Origin: a virus
Taxonomy: Duplodnaviria; Caudoviricetes
Length of the DNA: 64,000 nucleotides
Virus record (IMG/VR): IMGVR_UViG_2867134129_000001
Location: 18,165-82,164 of that record
Reading direction: 5' to 3' (one strand)
Part shown: piece after piece, positions 55,498 to 64,000 of the stretch
Layout: each line of letters starts with the position of its first letter
Numbering within the stretch: position 1 is the first letter of the stretch
The notes under the pieces: model-generated
Databases searched by the model: none
The model's input: only the letters and a program-made list of their open reading frames with translations
What the model was told of the DNA's origin: nothing
Position numbers and translations under genes: made by a program

Positions 55498-56669
55498 CCT
55501 ACGAGCCCGATGAGGTGGTCGACGCCGAGCTGGTGGACGACGGCCACCTCCCCGTTCAGCTACCCGAGGTTGACCCTGCCCGGCCGCTCGTCGACCGGCA
55601 CACAATCCTCCGCCCCAACGCGCCCATCCCCACCACCGCCGACCAGCCCACGTACAGCGAAGCCGACTTCCGGATCACCGAGGAAACCGCCAAGCTCCTC
55701 GACCAGTCACCACCCGAGAACACGTCCCGCACCTACAACTCCGCACGGACCCGGTTCGAGACATGGTGCCGCGACAACGGCCGCGTCCACCTGCCGTGCA
55801 CCACCGCCACGTTCGTCGAATACGTCGGACACCTCATCCGGCAGGACAAGTCCCCGTCCACCATCCAAGTCGCCATGTCCGCCATCCGCTCCTGGCACCA
55901 AGACGGCCAGCAGCCCGGCACCAAGGAAGCCAGCGAAGCCGTCCGCAAACACGCGCGCGGATGGGTGCAACGCCGAACCCCCAAGAAGGCCCCCGCGATC
56001 CGCACCGACATGCTCGCCGCCATGGCCGCCACCTGCACCAGCGACACCGACGCCGACTACCCCAAGGCCACCCGCGACGCCGCGCTCCTCACCCTCGGCT
56101 GGGGCATGCTCTCCCGCCGCAGTGAACTCGCCCACCTGCTCATCCCGCAGCTCACCATCGGACCCACCGGCATCCACGTCCTCGTCGCCTTCTCCAAGAC
56201 CGACCAGTCCGCCAAGGGCGCAACCACCTTCGTGCCCGCAAACCCGGACGACCCGGCCACCTGCCCCGTAGTCCGCGTCCGCGCCTGGCTCGAAGAACTC
56301 CGACGACAAGACATCACCGACGGCCCGCTCTTCCGGCACATCAACCGAGGCGGAAAGATCCGCCACAGGGCTGGCGGACCGCAGGAGAACTTCCTCACCC
56401 CTGACGCCATCGGTGCCATCGTCAAGGCCCGCGCCAAGCTCGCGGACCTGCCCGACCCATCGAAGATCACTGCTCACGGACTCCGGCGCGGCCCCGCACA
56501 GGAGATCGCCGAAGCCGGAGAAGACCCCACAGGGCAAGGGCGCTGGAAGCCCGGCTCCCTCACCGTCCAGAAGCACTACGTCGAACCAGCACGGAGCGAA
56601 GCCGACAACACCATCACTGCCATGCGACGCAAGAAGGCCGAGCAGGCGGCGAAGGAAGCCGAAGCCTGA
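55494..56669 (+). CDS. Cre-like tyrosine recombinase/resolvase
   Basis: SAM-like N-terminus 'NTSRTY..ARTRFETWC'; catalytic R 'RRSEL', K 'SKTDQ', 'HGLRRG', W 'GRW', Y 'KHY'. Confidence 0.92.
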   Translation: MTYEPDEVVDAELVDDGHLPVQLPEVDPARPLVDRHTILRPNAPIPTTADQPTYSEADFRITEETAKLLDQSPPENTSRTYNSARTRFETWCRDNGRVHLPCTTATFVEYVGHLIRQDKSPSTIQVAMSAIRSWHQDGQQPGTKEASEAVRKHARGWVQRRTPKKAPAIRTDMLAAMAATCTSDTDADYPKATRDAALLTLGWGMLSRRSELAHLLIPQLTIGPTGIHVLVAFSKTDQSAKGATTFVPANPDDPATCPVVRVRAWLEELRRQDITDGPLFRHINRGGKIRHRAGGPQENFLTPDAIGAIVKARAKLADLPDPSKITAHGLRRGPAQEIAEAGEDPTGQGRWKPGSLTVQKHYVEPARSEADNTITAMRRKKAEQAAKEAEA

Positions 56670-56867
56670 TCAACCGTTTCCGGTCACACGTCTATCCCTG
56701 TGGCCGGTTCGGGTGCATCGTGGTTCTCGCAGCTCCCCATCCCGAGGGTGTGGATCTGCTCAGGCCCCGCCTGTCTGGACACCCGTTCCAGGCGGGGCCT
56801 GCCGCTCCTCCCGGCTGTCCACGGGAGGCCAAGCGGCTGCCCGCGTTCACCTTCAGAGGGACTACTG

Positions 56868-57152
56868 ATGAGCTCCGATGACCTTCCAGACAACGTGGTG
56901 CCGATCCTCTTCAAGGCGCAGCAAGCCGAGGGGCGGCAGCAGATGATGGAGCTCTGGGAGGTCATGTACCTGAAGCAGGGGCAGACGCTCTCTGACGAGA
57001 AGACTGCCGCGTCGCTGCACGTCGCTGTTGACGTGATGACGCTCCTGCTCAACGGGGCTGCAGTGTGCGACGTGATTAGTGAGTCCCAGCGCGATCAGCT
57101 GCTGGCAATCTTCCAGGTCGGGCACGCGGCAGCGGACAACGGGCAGACCTGA
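56868..57152 (+). CDS. Hypothetical protein
   Basis: GAGGG RBS; upstream hairpin at about 56762-56800. Confidence 0.55.
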   Translation: MSSDDLPDNVVPILFKAQQAEGRQQMMELWEVMYLKQGQTLSDEKTAASLHVAVDVMTLLLNGAAVCDVISESQRDQLLAIFQVGHAAADNGQT

Positions 57153-57155
57153 CGG

Positions 57156-57593
57156 CTATGGGGTGACTTGCTGGCCAGGCAGATAGACCATGACCCCACC
57201 GGTGATCGGTACGCACCGTGTGTCGGGCGGAAGTTGAACGACGCCCAGGTTCTCCGCCTCCCCCGCCACGCTGATGCGCTGGAGGTGATCACGGCCGTAC
57301 AGGATGGACCCGGGGTCCTCCATGGTGCCGGTGATGCACAGCACGGGGTCCGGCAGGAACTGCCCGCCGTCGGCACGGGCCACGGCCAGCTCGGCGTCAT
57401 TCGCCTCGGCTGCCGCGTTCTCCAACGGGGTCTGGCACTGCGGGCACAGGATAAGCGCCAGCCGGCCCCCCTCCCACTTTCCGGTCCAGTTCTCAGCGGC
57501 TCTGGACGTGAGGTCTTTCGGCGCATAGCAGCCACACCGGTTGCACCGGAGCCGCTTTCCTATCCGGCTCTCTAGACGCTTCTTTCGACTCAT
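57156..57593 (-). CDS. Hypothetical zinc-ribbon protein
   Basis: 'CNRCG...W.......LCPQCQTPLENAAAE'. Confidence 0.6.
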   Translation of the reverse strand: MSRKKRLESRIGKRLRCNRCGCYAPKDLTSRAAENWTGKWEGGRLALILCPQCQTPLENAAAEANDAELAVARADGGQFLPDPVLCITGTMEDPGSILYGRDHLQRISVAGEAENLGVVQLPPDTRCVPITGGVMVYLPGQQVTP

Positions 57594-57640
57594 GCCAGGT
57601 CAACGACGGCGGGGGTGGACGGTACCGGGGGCGCCAGCGC

Positions 57641-58510
57641 TTACCGCATGCGGTTAACGGTGAGTGTCCCGTGCCTGCCCGAGCCGGCGAGGACTTCGAC
57701 AGTGAGGTCGCTGTCGACTCGGGTGTACGTCTCCCCTTCGGCCCGCCGCTCCCCAACGACGTCGGCCGCGGTGAGCGCGTCGCCGATCCTGCCGGCGAGT
57801 ACAGGGTTGAGCCGCGCGGAGAGACGAATGGGGCCGCCTTCGTCCCCGACTGCGAGCGCGAGCCGGTGGGGTCGACGCCGGGGCCCGAGGTAGCCGACGA
57901 CGAGCGCGTCCTCGGTGTCGGCATGCCTCACCTTGGTCCATCCGCGGCGGCCGGCGGGGTAGCCGGCCGTCCCCTTCTTGCAGACGATGCCCTCGATCCC
58001 CTGCTCCTGGAGCCCTTCGTACCAGGCGACGGCCACCGCACGGTCATCGGTGGCGGGTACGGCTTGGATGGGCGGCGGGATGTCGTGGAGCAGGTCGAGG
58101 AGCAGCTGGCGCCTATCCGTGTAGGGGAGTCCGGTGGTCTGCCCGTAGTCGGGGTGCTCCAGTACGTCCCAGGCGGCGTAGGAGGCGGGGTGCTGTGCGG
58201 CGAGTGCCCGTGCTCGGGTGATGGAGGACGCGGCCCGGGATTGGGCTGCGGCGAAGTCGATGCGCCCGTTTCGCCAGACGACGGCTTCCCCGTCGAGCGT
58301 GGTCCCGGCCGGCAGCTGCATGGCGGCGACGGCGAGGTCCATCCAGTGGCTGGTGACGACCCTGCCTGATCTGGCGTAGAGGATGACCGTGTCCTTGGTG
58401 CGCCGGAGGATCGTCCTGTGCCCGTCGAATTTGGGCTCGTACCACCAGTCCGGCCCGTGGGGGACGACGGGGACGGCTTGGGCGAGGGCGGGTCGGATGG
58501 GGTACTCCAC
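57641..58510 (-). CDS. ATP-dependent DNA ligase (minimal, LigC/LigD-like)
   Basis: 'EPKFDGHR', 'LDGEAV', 'EGIVCK', 'WTKVR'. Confidence 0.92.
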   Translation of the reverse strand: MEYPIRPALAQAVPVVPHGPDWWYEPKFDGHRTILRRTKDTVILYARSGRVVTSHWMDLAVAAMQLPAGTTLDGEAVVWRNGRIDFAAAQSRAASSITRARALAAQHPASYAAWDVLEHPDYGQTTGLPYTDRRQLLLDLLHDIPPPIQAVPATDDRAVAVAWYEGLQEQGIEGIVCKKGTAGYPAGRRGWTKVRHADTEDALVVGYLGPRRRPHRLALAVGDEGGPIRLSARLNPVLAGRIGDALTAADVVGERRAEGETYTRVDSDLTVEVLAGSGRHGTLTVNRMR

Positions 58511-58552
58511 GGGTCCGATCGTGCGCCGGGTTGGGGTGGGCTGCCTGTTGGG

Positions 58553-58881
58553 TTACTCCAGGATGCCGAGGTCTGTGTCGGGTCGGCAGTGGATGCAGGC
58601 TCGGGTGCCGTTTGCGATGGCGTTGACCGCTTGGTCGCGGGTGATGGGCCTGAGTCGTTTCCCTGCCATTCGGCATCCGCCTGCGTGGACTTCTGCTGGT
58701 GGTGCGCCGTCGCCGATGCCGAGTTCATGGTCCAGTCGGGGGTGGCGGGGCGTTGGTTGTGTTGGCGTTGCTGTTCGTGTTGCTCGGCTGCCTGGATGGC
58801 TTGGTCGATGCGTCCGAGCCACATGGCGTACCAGGTGCGGAGGGTTCGGAGGCGGTCGAGGTCGGGCGGCAGATCGTACAT
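58553..58881 (-). pseudogene. DUF6233-like protein, frameshifted near 58730
   Basis: 'MYDLPPDLDRLRTL...PDWT' switches frame to 'ELGIGDG..VHAGGC...ACIHCRPDTDLG'. Confidence 0.75.
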
Positions 58882-58889
58882 GCGTTCGA
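58874..58889. promoter_or_regulatory. LexA box overlapping a leaderless start
   Basis: TCGAAC-GCAT-GTACGA on minus, directly after a TAGACT -10 hexamer. Confidence 0.75.
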
Positions 58890-59017
58890 GTCTAGTGCGG
58901 TCGGCCCCGTTGGTCGTGCGGAGTCAAAACTAACGTGAGTTAACGGCAGACAGATGAGTGGCGTCGCGCTACCCTCATTAGGCAGGTGTTAATTCACGTC
59001 TGCAGAAACGAGGACTG

Positions 59018-59440
59018 GTGAAGATCACGATCGCCGTCGAGCAGCCCACCGAGGACTTCCAGAAGAAGCTCTTGGCCCTGCTCGCCGACCACGCTGCCGA
59101 CATCGAACCCGACACCGCCTGGACCAAGGAGCGAGCCGAGCGCCTCTACTTGGCCCTGCCACCAAATGCGCGCCGCATCATCAAGGAGGCTGCCAACCGT
59201 GGCGGCTACGTCTCCGCCGACGACCTGCGCAGCGGGGAGGACAGCAGCCTGCGCGGCCACAGCGCCGCCATCAAGCGGGCGGTCGACCGTGGGGCACGCG
59301 AAGGCTGGTGGCCGGACACCCTTGAGTCGCCGGTCCAGGCTCAAGGCCCTGGCTTCGGCAAGGTCGTCGGCTACCTCATCCTCGAAGACCTCGTCGAGGT
59401 GTTCAAGCGCGCCGCCAACAAGCCCAGCCAAGACTGGTAG
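59018..59440 (+). CDS. Hypothetical protein (possible wHTH)
   Basis: GAGGA RBS, GC3-biased codons. Confidence 0.7.
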   Translation: MKITIAVEQPTEDFQKKLLALLADHAADIEPDTAWTKERAERLYLALPPNARRIIKEAANRGGYVSADDLRSGEDSSLRGHSAAIKRAVDRGAREGWWPDTLESPVQAQGPGFGKVVGYLILEDLVEVFKRAANKPSQDW

Positions 59441-59451
59441 AGAGAAGAGCT

Positions 59452-59625
59452 ATGACTCCCGAGGAGCATGAGGAGAAGCGTCGCCGCCTGGAAGCCGATG
59501 TGGCGGACGCCAAGAAGACCCTGAACCGCGCTCGCTCTGTGTATGACGGCATCTGCGAGGAACTGCGGAACCTGCGGATCGACTGGAACGAGCAGCGGAA
59601 CGCCAAGCCCATCACCGAACAGTGA
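59452..59625 (+). CDS. Small coiled-coil protein
   Basis: 57-aa ORF MTPEEHEEK... in operon (below the ORF-track cutoff). Confidence 0.5.
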   Translation: MTPEEHEEKRRRLEADVADAKKTLNRARSVYDGICEELRNLRIDWNEQRNAKPITEQ

Positions 59626-59636
59626 GGACCACGACC

Positions 59637-59993
59637 ATGAGCGACAGGAAGCAGGCGCGAGCTATGGATCTACCGGACTTCCCCTGCCCGCCCAGCGTGG
59701 GCGAGATCGCCACCCATGCCGGATCCTGGGGGTGGATCAACCCCGGTCACGTGTCCCAGGACGAGCGGGGATACCTGTGGGTGAAGAGGAATGCAGTCCC
59801 GTCCCCGGCGGCGCGCTCCCCCCAGGACCTACAGGCTCTTGCGGCCTGGTCCGAAGGCGGCATCGCCTTGTACGTCTCCCGCAGGGGCTACCAGCACATC
59901 GATCTCCTTCGCGGCGACGTAGACGAGTCCGCTTGGGCGCCCGTCGCCAGCGTGATGAAGGAGATCCCGGGCTACGCCTCGTTCGAGCAGTAG
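59637..59993 (+). CDS. Hypothetical protein
   Basis: GAGGA RBS; followed by a 15-bp hairpin. Confidence 0.6.
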   Translation: MSDRKQARAMDLPDFPCPPSVGEIATHAGSWGWINPGHVSQDERGYLWVKRNAVPSPAARSPQDLQALAAWSEGGIALYVSRRGYQHIDLLRGDVDESAWAPVASVMKEIPGYASFEQ

Positions 59994-60004
59994 CCCGCAC
60001 AGCA

Positions 60005-60041
60005 CGACGCCCCGGCCAAGGTCTAGTTGGCCGGGGCGTCG
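60005..60041. terminator. Stem-loop terminator
   Basis: CGACGCCCCGGCCAA-N7-TTGGCCGGGGCGTCG. Confidence 0.7.
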
Positions 60042-60555
60042 CCGTGTCAGCGTATCGCCCACCCCACCCCCGCCTGCCCTGCCGCACTGGCAGGGCCCCC
60101 GTCGCCTCCCCCGTCGACGGGGGCACCATTTTGCGCGGGCCCGCAATAAGGTTGCCCGCCACGCCGGGGCTGATCGAGCACGGGTTGTCAGCGCCCATCG
60201 GTACGCTTGTCAGACCAACCCCAGGGCCCACGGGCCCGCGAAACAGGGTGTTGCTTCTGAACCCGCCCCCGCCTGGCTGCTCCCAGGACGGGGGCGGGGC
60301 TGCTTAGAACTCTTCCTGCGCGCAGCCTGACGTGAAGCAATGCCATGCGGCCGAGTACTCAGGGTCGATGCCGCCACCCATGTCCCACTGCGGCTTGCTC
60401 CATCGGGGGCGAACTGCCGCCCCGCACCCAGGGCACCTTCTGACGGGCGCGGTGCGCCTCTCTGAACTGCGGTAGATCCGCTTGATGTTTTCCATGCTTC
60501 GACGGTGGCACGGGAATGCGTTCTTGTCCGGGCTGCCCTTCCCCCGACCCGCCCG

Positions 60556-60825
60556 CTACTCGGAGGTAGGTTCCGGGTGCAGCACGGCCTTCTTCGCCGC
60601 CTGCTCCAGCTTGAACCGGTTGCCGTCCCCGGCCTCCTCGGTCACCGCCTGCTGGAACGCTTCTGCTGCCTCCAGCCACGGCTTCCAGCCCTCGGGGGTG
60701 TACGGCTGGGCTGTCACGGTCTGGTGCGCGTCGACAGCGGCACGGCACAGGTTGATCAGGTTCTCACTCGGATTCGCCACGGGCCGGATCCTAAACGCCA
60801 CCACTGACAACGGGCCGTCTGCCAT
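60556..60825 (-). CDS. Hypothetical protein
   Basis: 'W.EAAEAFQQAVT....NRFKLEQAAKKAVLHP'; true start uncertain. Confidence 0.6.
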   Translation of the reverse strand: MADGPLSVVAFRIRPVANPSENLINLCRAAVDAHQTVTAQPYTPEGWKPWLEAAEAFQQAVTEEAGDGNRFKLEQAAKKAVLHPEPTSE

Positions 60826-61108
60826 GCTGATGCCGTCTGCCGGGATCAGCCGGGTCCGCTGCCAGACCCACCCGTAAGGTGCCCCAGCAGGGGGACGTCC
60901 ACCGAACGGGACAGCGGCCCCCGGAGACGCTCGCCTTACGCCCGCCCTCCACGTGAGGGCGGGCGTTCGTGCGTCGCGCCACCATCCTTCCCACTTGGGA
61001 AAGATGGTCGAGGGGCGACCGACAGCCTGTACGCATCACTCAGTCAGTGGTGGCAAAGTGATGAAACCAGCAGGTCGGGGCGTCACTTTGCGGTCAGCCG
61101 CAAGGCGA

Positions 61109-61285
61109 TCACGCCGCCTCGAACACGTCGCCGCGCACAGCCGCAGCCCACTCCACCAACAGCTCCTCATACCGGCGGCGGCCCTCCACGGACAGCAGCC
61201 CGCCGTTCGAGAGCAGGGCCCGGATCTCCTCGTTCACAGCCGACAGCGAACGGACATGCGGCAGCGAGGCAGGAGGAGTGGGCAT
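61109..61285 (-). CDS. Small hypothetical protein
   Basis: 'RSLSAVNEEIRAL...RRYEELLVEWAAA'. Confidence 0.6.
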   Translation of the reverse strand: MPTPPASLPHVRSLSAVNEEIRALLSNGGLLSVEGRRRYEELLVEWAAAVRGDVFEAA

Positions 61286-61346
61286 GCGAGAAGTGTACGG
61301 GCGGGCACCGACAATCAGCCCGCCCCGCAGCTCGTAGGATGCCCAC

Positions 61347-62009
61347 ATGATTCGTGCAGTCGTGTTCGACGTCGGTGAGTGCCTAGTAGACGAAACCCGG
61401 GAGTACGGCACCTGGGCCGACTGGTTGGGTGTCCCGAGGCATACGTTCGCTGCCATGTTCGGGGCCGTCATCACGCAAGGCCGCGACTACCGGGAGGTCT
61501 TCCAAGAGTTTCAGCCCGGCTTCGACCTAGCCGAGCAGCGCGCCGCCCGTGCCGCCGCCGGCCAGCCCGAACACTTCGACGAAACCGACCTGTACCCCGA
61601 CGTTCGCGACAGCCTCAAGGCCCTTCGCGCTGACGGCCTCTGGCTGGGCATCGCAGGCAACCAGACCGTGCGCGCCGGCGGAATCCTCCGGGAGCTATTC
61701 ACGAACGACGTCGACCTCATCGGCACGTCCGACGACTGGGGCGCCTCCAAGCCCGACCCCGAGTTTTTCGTCCGCGTCGCCCACGTCGTACCCGCCGAGC
61801 CCGACGAGATCCTCTACGTCGGCGACCGCGTCGACAACGACCTCCGCCCCGCTGTCGCTGCGGGCATGCACACCGCGCTCGTCCACCGCGGCCCCTGGGC
61901 CACAATCCAGTGGCACACCGAGGAAGCGAAGAAGCTCCCCACCTTCCGGGTGGAGAGCCTCCTCGAACTATCCCCGCTCATCGCCAGGTTCAACGAGCAA
62001 GAGCGCTGA
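61347..62009 (+). CDS. HAD-family hydrolase
   Basis: 'VFDVGECLVDE', 'SKPDPEFF', 'YVGDRVDND'. Confidence 0.92.
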   Translation: MIRAVVFDVGECLVDETREYGTWADWLGVPRHTFAAMFGAVITQGRDYREVFQEFQPGFDLAEQRAARAAAGQPEHFDETDLYPDVRDSLKALRADGLWLGIAGNQTVRAGGILRELFTNDVDLIGTSDDWGASKPDPEFFVRVAHVVPAEPDEILYVGDRVDNDLRPAVAAGMHTALVHRGPWATIQWHTEEAKKLPTFRVESLLELSPLIARFNEQER

Positions 62010-63225
62010 CGGTCGTCGACCAGCCGTAAAGGCGCTCGTCCAGGTCCCGCACACACTGCTGATGCTGGTGCGGGACCAACGCTCGACGAACATCCCTCAC
62101 GCGGTCCATCCCGGTCGCATACCAGGTCGCCTCCAGCTGATCAAGGGCCTCGCACGCGTACCCGCACGCCGCCTCCGGGTTCCCGGCCGCCACCTCGACC
62201 GCCGACAGGTCCCCGAGGATGACGGACCTCTGCTTCTCCTCCGACGCAGGCAGGCTGTCCAACACGCCCTGGAGGGTGGCCCTAGCCTGCGGAAGATGCC
62301 CGGCCTTCAACTGGGTGTTCCCCTTGAAGGCCGCCAGCCTCACGGGGCTGAACCAGTCCAGCCAAGCCGGCGACTCGTAATCGCCGCCCGCAGCCAGCAC
62401 ATCCTCACCGTGCCCGAGCAGGTGCAGGGCCGTCTGCGTGTTCCCGCACCGGGTCTCGCACTCGGCCTCGACGGCGTCCAGCCACGCCAGCAGCTCCGCC
62501 GAGGCGGGGCCGCGGCGGGCGTAGGTGCGGGCCGCGGTCATGCGCTCAACAGCATTGTCGCGGCGCCCCGTCCAGGCGGGGATGAACGCGCTGTGGGCGA
62601 GGACCGCCGCCCCGAGGAGGCTGTCATCCGCCTCTCCTGCGGCCTGGAGTGACCGGTGCCAGGTGGCCCCAGCACGGTCAGCCTCGCATAGGTCGAAGAA
62701 CTCGATACGGCCGGCGAGCAGCCACGTTTCCGCAAGAGCAGCGGCGACAGCCTGCCGGGTACGCCCCGCAGACTCAGGGAGTAGAGCACACCCGAGGGTG
62801 GCGTGCGCTACTGCGGCCGGGTGGAGGGTAGCTGGGGCGACGGACCAATACAGGCGCCGATGCGATCGGGTGACCGCCTCGTAGTCGGTGGCGACGGACG
62901 CCGGCTGGATGACCGCCGAGGTCTGCGAGGGAACAGCGGCCAGGCCGACGGCGGCAGCGGTGCCGGTGATCAGAGTGCGGCGCACCGGATCATGCCCGGC
63001 AGGCGGGGTGAAGCCGAGCGCTTCAAGGTCTTGACCGAGCACCCGTGTGAGAGCCTGCTGCAGGTCGGGGTGCGGCCATGGCGGGGCCTCGGACTCCCAC
63101 CGGCGAACCTGGCGGACTCCTACACCGAGGGCGTCGGCGAGGGCCTGCTGGGAGTGGTAACCCGCAGCGAGTCGGGCGGACTTGAGTCGGGTGTTGCTTG
63201 TCTTCAGCGGCACGCTGTCCTCCAT
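61990..63225 (-). CDS. XRE HTH regulator with a TPR-like C-terminus
   Basis: 'SQQALADALGVGVRQVRRWES' plus a long helical domain. Confidence 0.88.
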   Translation of the reverse strand: MEDSVPLKTSNTRLKSARLAAGYHSQQALADALGVGVRQVRRWESEAPPWPHPDLQQALTRVLGQDLEALGFTPPAGHDPVRRTLITGTAAAVGLAAVPSQTSAVIQPASVATDYEAVTRSHRRLYWSVAPATLHPAAVAHATLGCALLPESAGRTRQAVAAALAETWLLAGRIEFFDLCEADRAGATWHRSLQAAGEADDSLLGAAVLAHSAFIPAWTGRRDNAVERMTAARTYARRGPASAELLAWLDAVEAECETRCGNTQTALHLLGHGEDVLAAGGDYESPAWLDWFSPVRLAAFKGNTQLKAGHLPQARATLQGVLDSLPASEEKQRSVILGDLSAVEVAAGNPEAACGYACEALDQLEATWYATGMDRVRDVRRALVPHQHQQCVRDLDERLYGWSTTVSALAR

Positions 63226-63398
63226 CGCGACGTGTGCGGCCAGTCTCACAGGAGGCCCCTCGCGAGGCCAGTCGTCGCCCGGAAGGCCGCACAAAAGCCC
63301 TCTTTGGTGCCGCAAAGAGTCCTCTGAAGGCCCTCGGAAATCCTGGTTCAGCGGGCCAATCTTGGGTGACGATCAACCAGCGCATCAGAGGAGGCCCG

Positions 63399-63779
63399 AT
63401 GAGTTCAACAAACACGATCAAGAACTGCCGGTTAGCCGGCGCAGGCGACACCTGGGACGCGGTCCGCGTCCCGAGGAGCGTCGGCTACGACGCGGTCGCC
63501 ATCCTCGGCAGCCGGTCCGGGGCAGCCCTGCAGGACCCCCGTGAAGGGTGCCTGTACTTCTTCATCACCCCGGGCTCCGCAGACTCCTGGGGCAACTCGG
63601 ATGTACCCGGCGCCCGGATCCTCGGTGCGGGCTCGCACATTGTCCTCCCACCCCCGCGTCGCACAACAGGGCCCGGCCCGCACTGGCGTATTTGCCCCGG
63701 CGACAAGGGGCTTCTTACCGACACAGCAGCGCTGCGGGCAGCCCTCGAAGATGCATCCGCAGGGGCGGCCAGGCGATGA
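63399..63779 (+). CDS. Hypothetical protein (degenerate primase-polymerase-like fold possible)
   Basis: 'WDAVRVP...DP....LYFF...G....W...G..LG.G..I.LPP'; divergent from the XRE gene. Confidence 0.65.
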   Translation: MSSTNTIKNCRLAGAGDTWDAVRVPRSVGYDAVAILGSRSGAALQDPREGCLYFFITPGSADSWGNSDVPGARILGAGSHIVLPPPRRTTGPGPHWRICPGDKGLLTDTAALRAALEDASAGAARR

Positions 63780-64000
63780 CAGATGCTCCTGAACCGTCAC
63801 CAATCCGGAAGCTCCCCGGACTCGAATCCCTCACGTGGGACCAGGCCGCCGGCCGGGCCTGCGTCTGGTGCAAGCGGCCCCTGACTGTCGGGGCCCTCCC
63901 GGCAGGGGTCATCCAGGGGTGCGATGGAGTGCATGTCCTGGACACCGAGGTCTGGGCCGGCCCGTGCTGCGCCCTGCCCGAAACTGAATCCAGCCTCTAG
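63776..64000 (+). CDS. Small zinc-binding hypothetical protein
   Basis: ATGA overlap; 'LTWDQAAGRACVWC'. Confidence 0.6.
   Translation: MTDAPEPSPIRKLPGLESLTWDQAAGRACVWCKRPLTVGALPAGVIQGCDGVHVLDTEVWAGPCCALPETESSL

Larger units (their letters stand above)
1..64000. mobile_element. Conjugative phage-plasmid or prophage of a Streptomyces-like host (boundaries not visible in window)
   Basis: Virion, lysis, TraB conjugation, replication and resolvase modules are contiguous; no recognisable host core genes or att sites. Confidence 0.8.

Noticed and set aside
55494-56669. Prophage integrase marking an att boundary
   Set aside because: Cre-like features with no arm-binding domain, no adjacent tRNA or att duplication, and element-type genes continue on both sides; a resolvase is more likely, though integration is not excluded
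57928-58881. 317-aa ORF overlapping the ligase
   Set aside because: Read-through caused by the DUF6233 frameshift; the downstream part is low-complexity off-frame sequence
1-64000. tRNA/rRNA genes, reverse transcriptase (DGR or retron), transposases
   Set aside because: None recognised by eye: no RT motifs, TR/VR pair or IS ends seen. A tRNAscan/Infernal run would be needed to exclude small RNAs

Overview
High-GC actinobacterial (Streptomyces-like) DNA. The whole 64 kb looks like one mobile element, and I recognise no host housekeeping genes. It combines two modules. The first is an apparently complete siphovirus virion set: TerS/TerL, portal, gpF-like head protein, scaffold, P22-gp5-like capsid, connectors, tail with a -1 frameshifted chaperone, tape measure with M23 and SLT domains, a GDPD tail enzyme, amidase/holin and a repeat fibre. 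The second is a Streptomyces-type conjugation module: Spd-like membrane protein, TraA, TraB FtsK translocase, clt-like repeats and tandem NUDIX genes. It also carries a replication initiator with intragenic iteron-like repeats and a Cre-like recombinase with a lox/dif-like site, so the best reading is a conjugative phage-plasmid. The most unusual signals are: (1) the TraB C-terminal winged-helix domain repeated in the next two genes, one fused to a frameshifted GIY-YIG/T5orf172-like nuclease, directly beside the clt-like repeats; (2) an acr-aca-like two-gene operon; (3) a seven-zinc-finger HNH gene between terS and terL; (4) an inverted packaging operon. All family calls are motif recognition by eye; no database searches were run.
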